In this document: one piece after another, positions 25,740-38,213 of the stretch
Numbering within the stretch: the stretch's first letter is position 1
Layout: each line of letters begins with the position of its first letter
Source: Vicugna vicugna
Lineage: Eukaryota
Assembly: GCA_013265495.1 (NCBI GenBank)
Contig: MU058213.1
Coordinates: 2,542,001 to 2,606,000 of the forward strand
Reading direction: 5' to 3'
Length of the DNA stretch: 64,000 nt
Translations under genes and position numbers: made by a program
Notes under the pieces: generated by a model
The model's database searches: none
What the model was told of the DNA's origin: nothing
Seen by the model: only the letters and a program-made list of their open reading frames with translations

Positions 25740-26650
25740 GGTCATGTTTTGGGCCCTGCCCAGGTCAGCTTTTCAGGTCAAATCACTGAGCCAGCAGCTG
25801 TGATCCCACAGTAAATTCTAAGCTGCATAAAGTTTGTGACTAAATGCTTAAATTCAATTGATTCTCCTATGAGTCTCTCCTAATGGCCTTGATTTTTCTT
25901 CTAAGGTATGGATGGAAGGGGGGGGGGTCACAATACAAAGATGCCTACCTACCTGTTTGCTTTTCTTCTGGTAGAAGATGGCATGTCTACGGAAGAGTTG
26001 TGTTTTAAACATTAGGTTCCCTTGTTTCCAAGGCTTTGTGCTCACCAATTGTAAGCACATACAGTTTTAAAATGGAGATTTTAGTGTGACTGACCCCTCT
26101 ACTCTAGTCTTAATAAGGGGTCCCCTTTGTGAGTTCCCAGATTCATCTACTCAGAATCTTCTCAACTCTAAAATGGCAAGAGAATATATCTGAACATTTA
26201 TACCCTTGCTCTAAAGGCACACAATCCATGATTTTATACTGAGGTACAAAGCAGTCTTTTGAACTGCTTTGATCTGTGTATCTGTGAGTGACAATGAGCC
26301 TCTCTAGAGGATTGGTGATGGGGAAAAGATCTCTAGAATCTTAAAATCAAACCAAGAATTTATCATTTTTCAAAAAATATTCTTCCTACATCTTCTGTTG
26401 TACTTGACAGCCTCACCCTGAGCCCAGTAACCCCATTCACATCCTCAGATCAGACTAAGTGTTTTGCTCTCCCTTACTCCTCCTTTGCAGAGTCAGAGCT
26501 CTGTTCTCACCTTTAAGTGTCCTCTTCTTTTCTCCCTTCTTCTCAAACCCACTCACAGCTGCACTAGATCAGGACATCATTTTCCCCATGGACTCCTTCC
26601 TGGATGCCAGACTTCTCGAATTGCCTCTCTTCTGCGTGAGATCTGTCTGA

Positions 26651-26742
26651 ACTCTTTCTCCCTCCCTCCTTCCCTCCCGTACCCTCCCCTCCCTCTCCCT
26701 CCAGCCTCCTCTCCCCCCCTCCCCTTCTCTCTCTCCCTCTCC
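26651..26742. repeat. CT-rich polypyrimidine/polypurine tract
   Basis: ctctttctccctccctccttccctccc...ccccttctctctctccctctcc; GGG runs on the minus strand. Confidence 0.9.
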
Positions 26743-29700
26743 TGTACACGGAATTGTGCTAAATATAAAACACTTCGGCAGGACCCCATTAATAACAATA
26801 ATATGCCCAGTATCTCTGCATTGAGTAGCTACTTCATTCTTCATGAATGCCACTTACGTGCAGGTGTATTACTAGTCCTGAAGGAGCAGTCAGAATCCAG
26901 TGCCTTAACCACTTTTCATTACCCTGGGTAATCTAAAGCTTGTAGTAAAATATAAAATAGAAACAGTAATTCTCTGCTTCAGGGTGCATGAAAACTGGTT
27001 CCTTTGTTGGTAATTTTGATTTTATTTATTTTTTATTGCTCAATAACCATAATGGAGGTAGATTTTTAAATTAGCCAGGATCCTTCTACTCCATTTTCTG
27101 CTGCTAGGTATGCACACAGAATTTTGTATAATTTTAATAATAGCATAGATGCATTTCTGTGTTTTGTCTTGTTTTTTGATTTTTGGCATATTGATAGAGT
27201 TTCACAATTATTTTAATAGTTAGATAATATTCCTCCAAATCCATAAACCTCAGCTTTTTAACCAACCCTCTATTTTGGATAATCCACCTAAATAACATTC
27301 TTTAAATTACTATCAATAATGTTGCGATGAAAATGTTCTTGTATTATGCTTTCTCCTCATTTTGTTTACATCCTTGGGGCAAATTTCCAGAATTACTGAG
27401 TATTCACACTGGATTAATACTCTGTATAATTCTTGAAATGTATAATTTCCAAATATATAAAATATATTTGAAATATATAATATCCAAATCATCCAAATAT
27501 AAAATCCAAATCATGTATAACAATTTCCAGTAGTGTGCACTGTCACGAGGGCTGGCAGGTCCCCTTGTATCAGCCCACCTTTGACAGAATAGAATATCGC
27601 AACAACTTTGAATTTGCTCTTGTAATAGTTTTAAAGTGGTACACAATTGTTTGTTTGTACTTTGAATTTCTTTCATAACTAAGGAGTTGAACATTTTTAT
27701 ATGTCTGTTGACTGATTTGTGTATTTTGAAATTCATGTCTTACCCTTCAGTTGTTGGTCTTTAATTCAACAAATACTATTTTAATTTTAATCTATATGAT
27801 TTCTTCATGAAATACACCTTTGAATTTTTAAAACAGTTGCTATATGTATTTTTTCAGGGTGTTTTGATTTGAGTTACATTTTTTTTTGTTATTGTAAGGG
27901 GTTTTTATATCATATCATTAATCTTTGTGGTTCCTTTAGTTTCAGTGTTACCCAGCAAAATGTTAGTTTCTAATTTGATTTCTAGATGTATACTCTTAAG
28001 TCTTTAATTCCTTTGGTCTTCATTTTAGTATTAAAAATCCATTTTATAATAGAAAAATGTCATATGTTTTTGTGGTTATGGGAATAATTGATTTGGGCAG
28101 AGGAAAAATGGATGATGCATAAGAGATAGTACATGATTGGAACAGCCAGGTCTTTGGGAGAAATTGGGTATTATCCATCCAGTATGCAAGTGGAATGGTT
28201 AGCTTGAGATAGTAGTGGAGGTAGTTCAGCCATAGTAGCAGGAGGGGAGGCAAAGTATGTGGCTCTAGAAGGCAGGTTGGTAAATGTGGTAGTGAGAGAT
28301 GGGGATCTAAATGATGAGAGGAGAAGGGTTCTTGGATGTTTGTGGAAAGAGAACGCAAGTATGAAATAATTCTCTCAGAGCAGAGGGACCGAGTGCTTAG
28401 CAAAATGTAGAGATGGCTGTCCACATGGAGGGCCCTTTTGACATTTGTGGCCATTACTTTAGATAACAGCAGTCAGCATGGTTGTATTTTTTCCAGTCAT
28501 GTTGAGGCACCGGGATGTAGGCACAGAGCAGATAAGGAATTGAATTTACCCAGGCTTGTCCTTTGCCAGGTGAGTGCGACAAAGACCAAGAGAGGCCAAG
28601 TACTTGAGGGTGTATGTAAAAAGGAGATTACTGTCATGGACCATAGACTCTCAGGTAGATAAAGAGAAAGTAAAGTTATGAATGAGGTAATGTATAGAGA
28701 AAATGTGGGTCTCAGTGGATACAAAAAGGAGTGAGATAAGTTAGTTGTCAAAGAGCACGGTGCTTTTCAAAGAGCAGAATGCTTAAAATTGAGATTTTGG
28801 AGGGAATACATTGTTGTAATGACGCGACCTAAGGTAAGACCATGAAAAGGGGTGGGGGCAGTGGGGGCACAAACCAATGGAGGGTGGAGGTCAGAGCTGA
28901 CAACTAGGGCACTGCCAGGCCACCTACATAGTAAGATCACACAAAATGATGACAAGAGTGATTGTGAGGAGAAAGAAGCAGTGAGCTAAGAAATGTAAAT
29001 CAAATACTAATAGCAATTTCCAATAAGTTTGTATCATTAAAGATTCCAATTAATGGTATTTGAAAATGCCTGCTTCTCCGTATCACTTGTCAACACCAGT
29101 GGTTATCAATACGCTTAATCATTACTCTCCCAGGTGCCAATATGGGATTGGCTGTCTCTCTTCTAACGGTAAATTAAACACAGTTGATCATCTTTTCCTG
29201 TCTAGTCATTTGTATTTCCTTTTCCATTCATGAACTTGGCCTTTTTTCTGCTGATGCATTCACCTTTTATTAGCTATTGGAAAGAAATCTTCCTGGAACA
29301 GAGAAACTCCCCTTGAGCTATCGACCACCTTGCATGTGTTTTTGAATTATTTTCATATTAATATTTTAGTGAAGTATTAATATATCTTTCCATTTAAAAA
29401 ATAAACATTATAATTAATGCATTTACTTATTAACTGATTGTAGACAAAGTAGCAGATTGATGTATTTGTTTATTTGGATTTAATGGATTTTTTTTCTTCT
29501 AAAGGATGAAAACTCATACGTGAGTTAAATATATTTATGTAAGCTTTATAGTGGCTGTAGTTAGTACAAGGAAGAAGACATATTTTAAGTTTAAAAGCCT
29601 CTCACTCAATACTTTGACTTGCTTAGGTTCTCAATAGCAATCCTACACATATTATAGGCAGTACTGCTTCAGATAAATTTGTTGAGAATTTTTCAGTAGA

Positions 29701-30559
29701 AAATGAGAGTAAATTAATATAATGCTAAGAGAAATGCAACTTTATTGACTATTTTCCCAACTGATGAAAAAGTATTAAGAACTCACAAATGGAATACTTT
29801 TAAAGGATAAACAGTTTCAGAGATCTTTACACATAGATTTTCTCTATGTCTTAAATCTTCTATAATAACATGCTTCACTAAAATTTTCATTTATTGTCTA
29901 GCTCCAAGGATAATGGAAGCTGATTTGCTACATAATACAATAGCATTTTTCTGTGTAGTAAATTGATAATACTTATCTGGTGCCAGCATTCAGTACCAGG
30001 CAATTTCAGTACGTATAGATGCTGCTGTTTTCTGCTTTTGGAACATGTTTGTGAGGTACTTCAGCTAGAGAGAAGCAATAAATGAACCGGGTTGCGGGGT
30101 GGGGAGACACTAATGAGACAGTGAAGAGAGGGTAAATCCCCAGATTTCAAATGAATTGTACTATTTCATGACTCCACTCATCTTCAAATTATCCTATATA
30201 TGTATTCAGTCACGAAGAATACATCAGAATATAATTAATTATATGTTGTGGTCTTTATAGCTTATTTAGCCAATCCTTTTGGCCCTTGAATGATTCCAGT
30301 TCATTTGTTCAGTTTTTTGAGCTCTTACTCTTTGCAAACACTGGTGTAAACCCTAGGGTTGACATGATAAAAATAGGGATCTCAGCATTCTAGCTTGATT
30401 AGAGTTGGAGCTAATAAGAAAATACAAGTAGTCATTAGTATGACTCCCCAGCTGAGTAAGAGGTCAGCATGGAGTAAAACTAGAAGTGATAGCTTCTAAT
30501 GTGTGTAATTGGAGTCTCCAAAGAAGTAAAGAGAGTTGTTGACAAGAAGATAGGTAAAG

Positions 30560-30785
30560 AAAATCTAATATGTGAAATTGCAGTATCTGGAAGAGGAAAA
30601 ACAAAACAAAGCAATAGAACTTATATTTAAAACTGTAATAAAAGAAAATTTTATAGAAACAAAAGACCTCAGGATACAAATTGATAAGGCCCACTTGATA
30701 CCAGAAAATCAACTTGGAATCATCAGCTTTGAAACGGATCCTAGTAAAGTTATTAGATTTTAAAGATAAAAATATCTTCAGGGTC
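30560..30785 (+). mobile_element. Old L1 ORF1-like fragment
   Basis: EEEKQNKAIELIFKTVIKENFIETKDLRIQIDKAHLIP resembles the L1 ORF1p region (IFEEIIxENFP..DxxIQEAxRxP). Confidence 0.65.
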
Positions 30786-30797
30786 TCTAGTTATACA

Positions 30798-31036
30798 GTG
30801 ATTAGTGCCCTTTTAAAAAAATAAAAGGCCCCGGAAAACGTCCTAGCCTCTTCCATATTGTAGAGATAAAAGAAGCCACATCCTGCAAGCCAGAAAGGCC
30901 TCCACCAGAACATGACTATGCTGGAGCCTTGACCTTAGACTTGCCAGCTTCCAGAACTTTGAGAAACAAATGTTTGTTGTTTATAAGCCACCTACTTTAT
31001 GGCATTTGGTTATAGCAGCTCACACAGACTAAGACA
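30798..31036 (+). mobile_element. MaLR (MLT1A-like) LTR, 3' part
   Basis: gccttgaccttagacttgccagcttccagaactttgagaaacaaatg...ttatagcagctcacacagactaagaca. Confidence 0.8.
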
Positions 31037-31099
31037 AAAGGCTAGTTTATTACTAGGAAATCCATTAATATCATATAACATAAATAGAAGGAGGTATAT

Positions 31100-32920
31100 T
31101 TTTACTGAGTAAGAATTTTATTTAACTATAGCGTACACAGAGGAAGTGTGCAAATCACAGGAGTCTGGCTGGATAAATTTTCACACAGCACACTTAGCTG
31201 TTAACAGAACCTCTGAAGTCCCCATCGTGTTCTTTTCCAGTCACTGCCTAGCCTAACCCCTTTAATGAAGCTACTCACTACTTTGACTTCTCACACAATG
31301 TGATACTTTTGCCTTTTGTGGAACTTTATTGAAATCAAACCACAGAATATATTCTATTTTGTGCTGGCTTACTTTCACTCAATATTATTTTTTTGTGATA
31401 TTTTACCCATATAGTTCATTCATTCTCATCACTGCATTGTATTCTAATGTACAAATATGCCATTATTTATGCATTTACTGTCGAGGTATGTCAGTAGTTT
31501 CCAATTTTAGGCTCCTAAAATACTATGAGTGTTCTTCTATACGTGTTTCAGTGAGTGTCCATGTACTCACATATGTCATGGACATACCCAAGGAGTGAAC
31601 TTACTAACTAGATCACAGGGATGCATACATTCAGTTTAGCAGATAACGCAAAACAGTTCTCAAAGTGGTTGCACTGATTACTTCGCCCACCAGCAATGTG
31701 TACACATTCCAGTTGACCCACATCTCCACCAGCTTGCTATTGCCTGTCTTTTTTATTTAACCATTTTGGTAGGCATATAATGGTGGTATAATTAAAACTG
31801 TAGTTTAACTTCTGCTCCCCTGGTGACAAAATGAGTAAAATATCCTTTTATATGGTTGTTGACCATTGGGTATTTCTTTTATGAACTACCTTTTCAATCT
31901 GTTGTCCATTTTTTTTAAGTTGAACTCTCTGATGCTGTCTTGATATTTTAAAATTCTTTATATATTGTAGGTATCAACCTTTGTTGGATATTTGTATTGC
32001 AAATGTTTTCTCTCAGTCTGTGGCTTGCTTTTTTACTCTCTTAGTATTTTTTCTTTATTGAAGTATAGTTGATTTACAATATCATATCAGTTTCAGGTGT
32101 ACAGCATAGTGATTCAGTATCTTTACAGATTATACTCGATTAAAAGCTGTTATAACACAATATATCTTTGTTGCTTGTCTGTTTTATACGTAGTAGTTTT
32201 TATCTCTTCATCTCATACCTCTGATTTGCCCCTCCCCTTTCCCTCTTTCCTTTGGAAACCACTAGTTTTCTCTATCTGTGTGTCCTTTTCTGTTTTGTAC
32301 ATTCACTTGTATTATTTTTATATTCCAGATATAAGTACTAACATACAGTGTTTCTCTTTCTCTGACTTCCTTTAGTAAGTGTAATATTTTCTAGGTTCAC
32401 TCACGTTGCTGCAAGTGGCAGAATTCCATTTTCTATGGCTGAGAAATAGTCTAATATGTGTGATCTGTGTTTCTGTTTTTGTGCCAGTACCATGCTATTT
32501 TGATTACTGTAGTTTCATAGTATAGTCTGAAGTCTAGGAATGTGGTATCTCCAGCTTTGTTCTTTTTTCTCAAGATTGCGTTGACAATTCAGGGTCTTTT
32601 GTGGTTCCATATGAATTTTAGGATTATTTGCCCTAGTTCTGTGAAAAATGTCCTGGCATCTTAATAGGGATTGTGTTAAATCTGTAGGTCATTTCTGGTT
32701 AGTATGGCCATTTAATGATTTCTTTTGATGTACAGAGGTTCTTAATGTTAACAGTGCAGTTTATAGATAACTTTTATTGTTAGTGCTGTTTTTGTTCTAA
32801 TTTATCTTTGTCTACCCAAGATTCTGAAAATAATCTCTCATGTTTTCTTCTTTTAGTCTTACTGTTTTACCATTCAATTTTAGATGCACTCATTTTTTGA
32901 AACTCATTTTTTTTGTGTAT
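31100..32920 (-). mobile_element. Old L1M 3' region with a younger, internally deleted L1 3' fragment nested at ~32047-32713
   Basis: Old L1 text (caaagtggttgcactgattac...; ttttactctctta...tcttttgatgtacagagg) is interrupted by ttctttattgaagtatagttgatttacaat...agtatggccattt. Confidence 0.75.
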
Positions 32921-34269
32921 CAAACCACCCTTGATGAGCGGTATGGTGTAATAGAAAGATCTCACACCCTCTAAAGTTAGATCTAGAGAATAAAACAGAA
33001 ATACGTAGAAGTGTATATAGCCAAGAATACACAACGTATAGTTTTTAAAAAACCATATTAAATGATGACATAATCTAATTTTATTGGCATGGAAAAATAT
33101 TCAGTGAAAGGAGTGAGTTATAGAACATAAAGCATTTATTCAAATTGTATGCACATGTATATTTTAGATACGTAAATTCACACAGTGTTACCCTGTAGGG
33201 TGATCAGGCATAGTTTAACAATGCTGTCTGTGAATCATGGGATTTATAGTCATCTTTACATTTTCCTTGAACTTTTTTGTTGTCCAAATATTTTTTCAAT
33301 GAACATTTTTCTAAAATAAACCAGAAAACTCATTATTATTTAAATATAAATGTGTACATAGCAGGAAGAGTCATCCAGAGGTACTCACCTTTTTGATCTT
33401 TTCATTCAGTCATTTTTCTTGGCATAGAAAAATGCCTTACTTGGTGGCTGTTTTTATCCTTTAATAAAAACTGTAATTCCTATTTAATTAGACTTCTGAA
33501 TCTGGTACAAGTCTGGCCTGACGGAGAGAGAGAGGCTTTAACAAAGGAATTCCATGTGTCCAATAAATAGGTTTGTTTCTGTAGTGAAAAATAATGGTAC
33601 ATGACAAAATGTATTACTTCTGAGGTTTTTCTACCTGCTTTATGAAAGAAGGAACCAGTCTCACATCTTTGCATGTTTACTAGTGGAGCCAGTTCAGCTG
33701 TATGTTCTTTTTTTGCCTTCCTGTCAAAAACATGATGGGATATTCAGTTCTCCAGCCCTCTGCAGGTTTTCCTCTCTTGACTGTTGATGTTCTCTGGTTG
33801 TCCCATAGCCTCTAGGGAATGGAAGAGTCACAGGCCAGCCTATTGTAAGTAATTGCATGTATTTGCTTTTCTGTGTAGAAGCCTGTAAGACTTTTTCCCC
33901 CGTATTTTGTCCTTCAAACATTTTGGCAGATGTGCCAATTCATTAGTACCTAGATGTGAGTATCTCTTCACTAGTGGAGAATTTCTTACACTCCTACTTG
34001 CTTTTCTCTCTCTCCTACTAAAAGATAGATCTCTTTAATTATGCATTTTATTATTGATTCTGTCCCATTTGACTTTTCTTCTTACGTTGGATCTCTGCCC
34101 TCCAGCAGTAGAAATCTCTCTGACTGCTGTGTCGTTTATGCTCTAATTTTCTGCTCTAAGAATTGTCCCTGCTTTCTGGAAGATTTTATCAAGCTAACCT
34201 TTAGATTACTGATTTTTAAAAATCTTTGTATATAATTTTCTTTTATTTTTTGAAAAATTTTATTGGAGT

Positions 34270-34645
34270 ATTGTTTTTTTCTCTTTTATTTTATTTGTTT
34301 ATTGAAGTACCATCAGTTACAATGGGTCAGTTTCTGGTGTACAGCACAATGTCCCAGTCATGCATATACAGGCATGTATTTGTTTTCATACTCTTTTTCA
34401 TTAAAGGTTATTATAAGATATTAAATATAGTTCTCTGTGCTATACAGAAGAAAAAAATTTAACCTACTTTTATATGTAGTGGCTAACATTTTCAGGTCTC
34501 AAACTCCCAAATTTATCCCTTTCCACCTCCTTTCCCTCGGTAACCATAAGATTATTTACCATGTCTGCAAATCTGTCTGTTTGTAGGTAAGTTTATTAGT
34601 GTCCTCTTTTTTTCTTTTTTTTTTAAGATTCCATGTGATATCACT
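34270..34645 (-). mobile_element. Camelid-type L1 3' end
   Basis: attgaagtaccatcagttacaatg...tacagcacaatgtcccagtcatgcatatac; same 3'UTR type as at 53565 and 60860. Confidence 0.85.
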
Positions 34646-35991
34646 CATGTAGACTACTGACTTATTTTTCTAAACTGTGTATTTTGCTCTTTACTTTTTC
34701 TAATTGTATTTTTTTAAAAAATAAAGTATTGGTTTTTGAAAATATATGTATACAGGTAAAGCAATCAGTACAAAAGAATATTCTGTGAAAAGCTTCTCTC
34801 CAATACTTGACAGGTTAATCACTGGTTTTAGTTTCTTGTATATTCCCAGAAATACTCTAAGCGTACACATGTATGTATGTACATAGCTCTTTTCTTTTTT
34901 ACGTAAGTGGTAATACATTGCCCATACTTTCCTGCCCTTTGCCATTTTACTTAACAATATAACTTGAGGTATTGCATAAACACATTTAGATCTACCTCAT
35001 TTTGTGTCATAATTTCACTGTTATCAATGGACTGATTTATGAGTCATAATTAATTCTTCTTATGTCAATATTTATTCTTAATATTTTACTAAGATAAATA
35101 GCTCTGAACATATATTTTTTGTTTATATGTGCAAATATATTTAGATAGGAAATTCTGAGAAGTAAAATTGCCCAAAGATTTGTGCATTTAAAATTTTTAT
35201 ATATTGCTAATTTTTCCCTAAAAAGCAAAACAGCATATTTTCTGCTTTGCAGTCTGATAAATACTGTCCCATTAAATTTTCCTTTCTTTAAATATGAACA
35301 AAAGTATGCATATTTCACAAGTTTAAGGCCATTGTCTTTTTTTAATGAGAATTCTCAGGGAAATTGTCAATAAAGTTGTAGAAAAATATCACCACCAATG
35401 ATAAAATTAAAAGTAATAAAATATTTAGGATATCTTAATCATTTCTAGCTAAAATATAAATGAAAAGCAACTGATACATGAGTCATGGCCAGAGGTTAAA
35501 AAATGCTTCATTTCATTTATAAGTAGTAAATACATGATGGCAACTCAGAGAGTAATGGGAAAATAGATTAGCTGAAATCTACTTTTTATTTTTATATGTT
35601 GTAAATAATTTATAGAAATCAATTTTATTCTAAAAAAGAATCTCAACTACAGGTTACACTTAAATAAGTAATGAGAAAATGTACAGGAAACTAAAAGAAA
35701 TGAAATCCATAAAGATTTGAGTCTTTTAAGAAAAAGCTGCAAGCAATGATTTTGCAATAAAATTTATAAGCAGAAATACAGGAAACCGATTTAAGTGGTT
35801 TATATGAGCTATGTATTTGAGATAAAGTTATGTTTATATTTCATTGAGAATTCTTTAAAAAATTTTATTGATATACACTCTTATATTAATACAGAAAATT
35901 GAGTCCTGTAAGATTCAGCAGTTGCTTTTCCCCGTGGGAAGCTATATACCAGCAAACTTCTAGACAGTGTCCAATGTTGAACATGTCCCTT

Positions 35992-36599
35992 TGTCACTGA
36001 ACCAAACTTGGGTCCACTGACACCGGGTTGTGGTGAAGGAAAGTGCAGCATTTATTGCAGGGCAGCAAGCACAAGGAGTCCAGGTAGCTAGTGCTCAGAA
36101 GCACCAAACTCCCTGATGGCTTTCAGGGAGAGGTTTTTAAAAACAGGGTGAGGGAGAGGAATTGTGGGTGCATGATTAGCTTTTGGAATTCCGACTGATT
36201 GGTGTTGGGGTAACTGAGAGTCAACATGATCCACCTCCTGGTTCCAAACAGTCTAGGTCTACCTGCTTTTGAGCAGCATAGTTAACTTTTTCCACCTGAT
36301 GGGGGTTATCAGTATCTGCAAAACAGCTCAAAGAATGTGGCTCAGAATATTATCTACAGCCCTTGAGGAGGAACTAAATAAAGATCCTTGACTTGTTTAA
36401 TGGCTAAACTATAATTATTGGTCTAGCTTGACTGTTTTTCTTTCATTTTGCATTTTCTCACTTCTCTGATTAAATTTACTCTTTGAAACTTGGGGAAGGC
36501 CTAGGAGGCTAAAGTTTTTCTACAGACAAGAGGCAGGCGGAGGACATGGAGTGGAGAGGTCTGTTCCAGGAAGGCCCCACAGAGTCCTGCTCAGTTACA
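35992..36599 (-). mobile_element. Solo ERV1 LTR, MER41-like
   Basis: TG...CA termini (tgtcactgaaccaaacttgggtcc...cctgctcagttaca). AATAAA on the minus strand at ~36050. gttgtggtgaaggaaagtgcagc motif recalled from laurasiatherian MER41-type LTRs. Confidence 0.75.
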
Positions 36600-36999
36600 C
36601 TCTACCCATCTGACTGATGACCCCCTCTATTCCCAGAAAGACTGAGAAGAAAATGAAGGAATAGAGAGGGTTCTTTAAACTAGATACAACCTTTCCATTA
36701 TTTTACTCATCCATCTATCCACCTACGGTTCTAAGCAGACAAGACGGCGTGGGGAATCCCACATTTAATAAGTGGTCATACCTGTTCTTGGAGAGCTTAT
36801 CTAGGCAGAGAAGAGGTAAGAGGCGAGGTTGTGTTATAGGAAGATACAGGTCCCAGGTTAGACCCCATGCTGCCCACTTCTACCACAGCCATCATTGTAA
36901 CCAGCCAAGTCCCAGCTGCCCCATCCATTGCCTGTTCTACTGCAGCAGCTCTGCTATACTCTTCCTGCTTCCACTTTTGGATCCCTAAAATCTGTTCTC

Positions 37000-37580
37000 C
37001 AGACAGCAACCAAAGTGATATTTTACAAATGTAAAAGGAGACCAGAATCCTTCAGTGTTGCTCCATAACCTTTGAGGGAGAGGTCCTTATCACAGGCTGC
37101 AAGATCCCATGTGACCTGGCCTTGGTTTCTCCTTGAAATCAGCTGGCACTGCTGTGGATCACTCTGCTTTAACCCCACTGGCTTCCCGGCACCTCTTTGA
37201 ACTTGTTAAGCACCCTCTTTTGCTTGAGGGCCACTTCACTGGCTGTTTTCTGCCTGAAATGCTCTTCCAGGAGATGGTCAGATGCTTTGCTCTCTGACTT
37301 CATTCAGTTCTGCTTTCGTGTCACCTCATAAGAGATGGCATCCTATTGAAAAAACGTATGCTCAGCTCCTCTGCTCCTTTACCCTGCATTGTTTTTTTTT
37401 TCCAGAATACTTACCACTACTTCACATTATATTAATGGTTTTCATTGTCTCCCTCTCCTCACTGTATTAGAAATTCCAGAATTGCAGGAACACTGTTTTC
37501 TTCTTTGCTGTACTGAAATATCTAGAATAGCACCTGGTTCACAGTACATAATCAGTAGATATGTTGTATAAATGAATGAA
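37000..37580 (+). mobile_element. L2 3' region
   Basis: Decayed L2 text ending tctagaatagcacctggttcacagtac...aaatgaatgaa, the L2 3' terminus. Confidence 0.65.
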
Positions 37581-37957
37581 ATCCACATTTTGATCCTAAG
37601 TACTAAGTCTCATGGAAATATTCTGTACTCCCTCCCTTGTTAGGACTGTGGCTAAGAATAGTGTAAGTGAAGCTTGTTTTCATTCATTTTTTATACCCTT
37701 GCTCCATGACTTGCCAGTCAATGCCAATAGCTTCTTTGGGTGCCTGTATTTTACCATGATGTTTCAGCCTGTTGGCCATCTCTCTTGTTAAAAACACTTT
37801 CGCATCTCATCCCATTTTTTTCCCTCCTAACTATCCATCTGTAGTTTTCTAGCACCAGATTATGTGGTCCTGCCTTTATATGGCTTTGAATCTCCAAGGC
37901 CTGTGGCTCAGGTAAGTCAGGCAGCGTTTTCTAACGTGGTACTGGGAAATGGTATGT

Positions 37958-38213
37958 GTTCCTTCTGAGTATCATGGAAGAGTAGCTCCACGCTCTGGCT
38001 TCCCTGCAGAACACTTCACAGATACAGGAGTCTGTGTTATAGATAAAGATTATAGAAGAGGTGTTGGTGTTTTACTGTTTAATTTTGGCAAAGAAACGTT
38101 TGAAGTCCAAAAGGGTGATCCAGTTACACAGCTTACTTGGGAACAGATTTATCTGTCCAGAAATAGAGGAAGTTGAAGTTCTGGATGAGGTTAAAGGGGT
38201 TCAAGAGGTTTTG
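37958..38213 (+). pseudogene. DUT: Processed dUTPase (DUT) pseudogene fragment, frameshifted
   Basis: [63 protein letters not shown] / PEIEEVEVLDE / RGSRGF aligns to mammalian DUT ([80 protein letters not shown]). Intronless, with apparent +1 and -1 frameshifts near 38150 and 38192. Confidence 0.92.

Noticed and set aside
26459..26931. Pro/Ser/Leu-rich and Gly/Arg/Glu-rich ORFs
   Set aside because: Artefacts of the CT-rich low-complexity tract.
37958..38213. Possible viral (parapoxvirus or ERV) dUTPase insertion, prompted by FEVQKGD
   Set aside because: [14 protein letters not shown] and PEIEEV and the AT-rich codon usage fit mammalian DUT; there are no flanking viral or gag/pol sequences.
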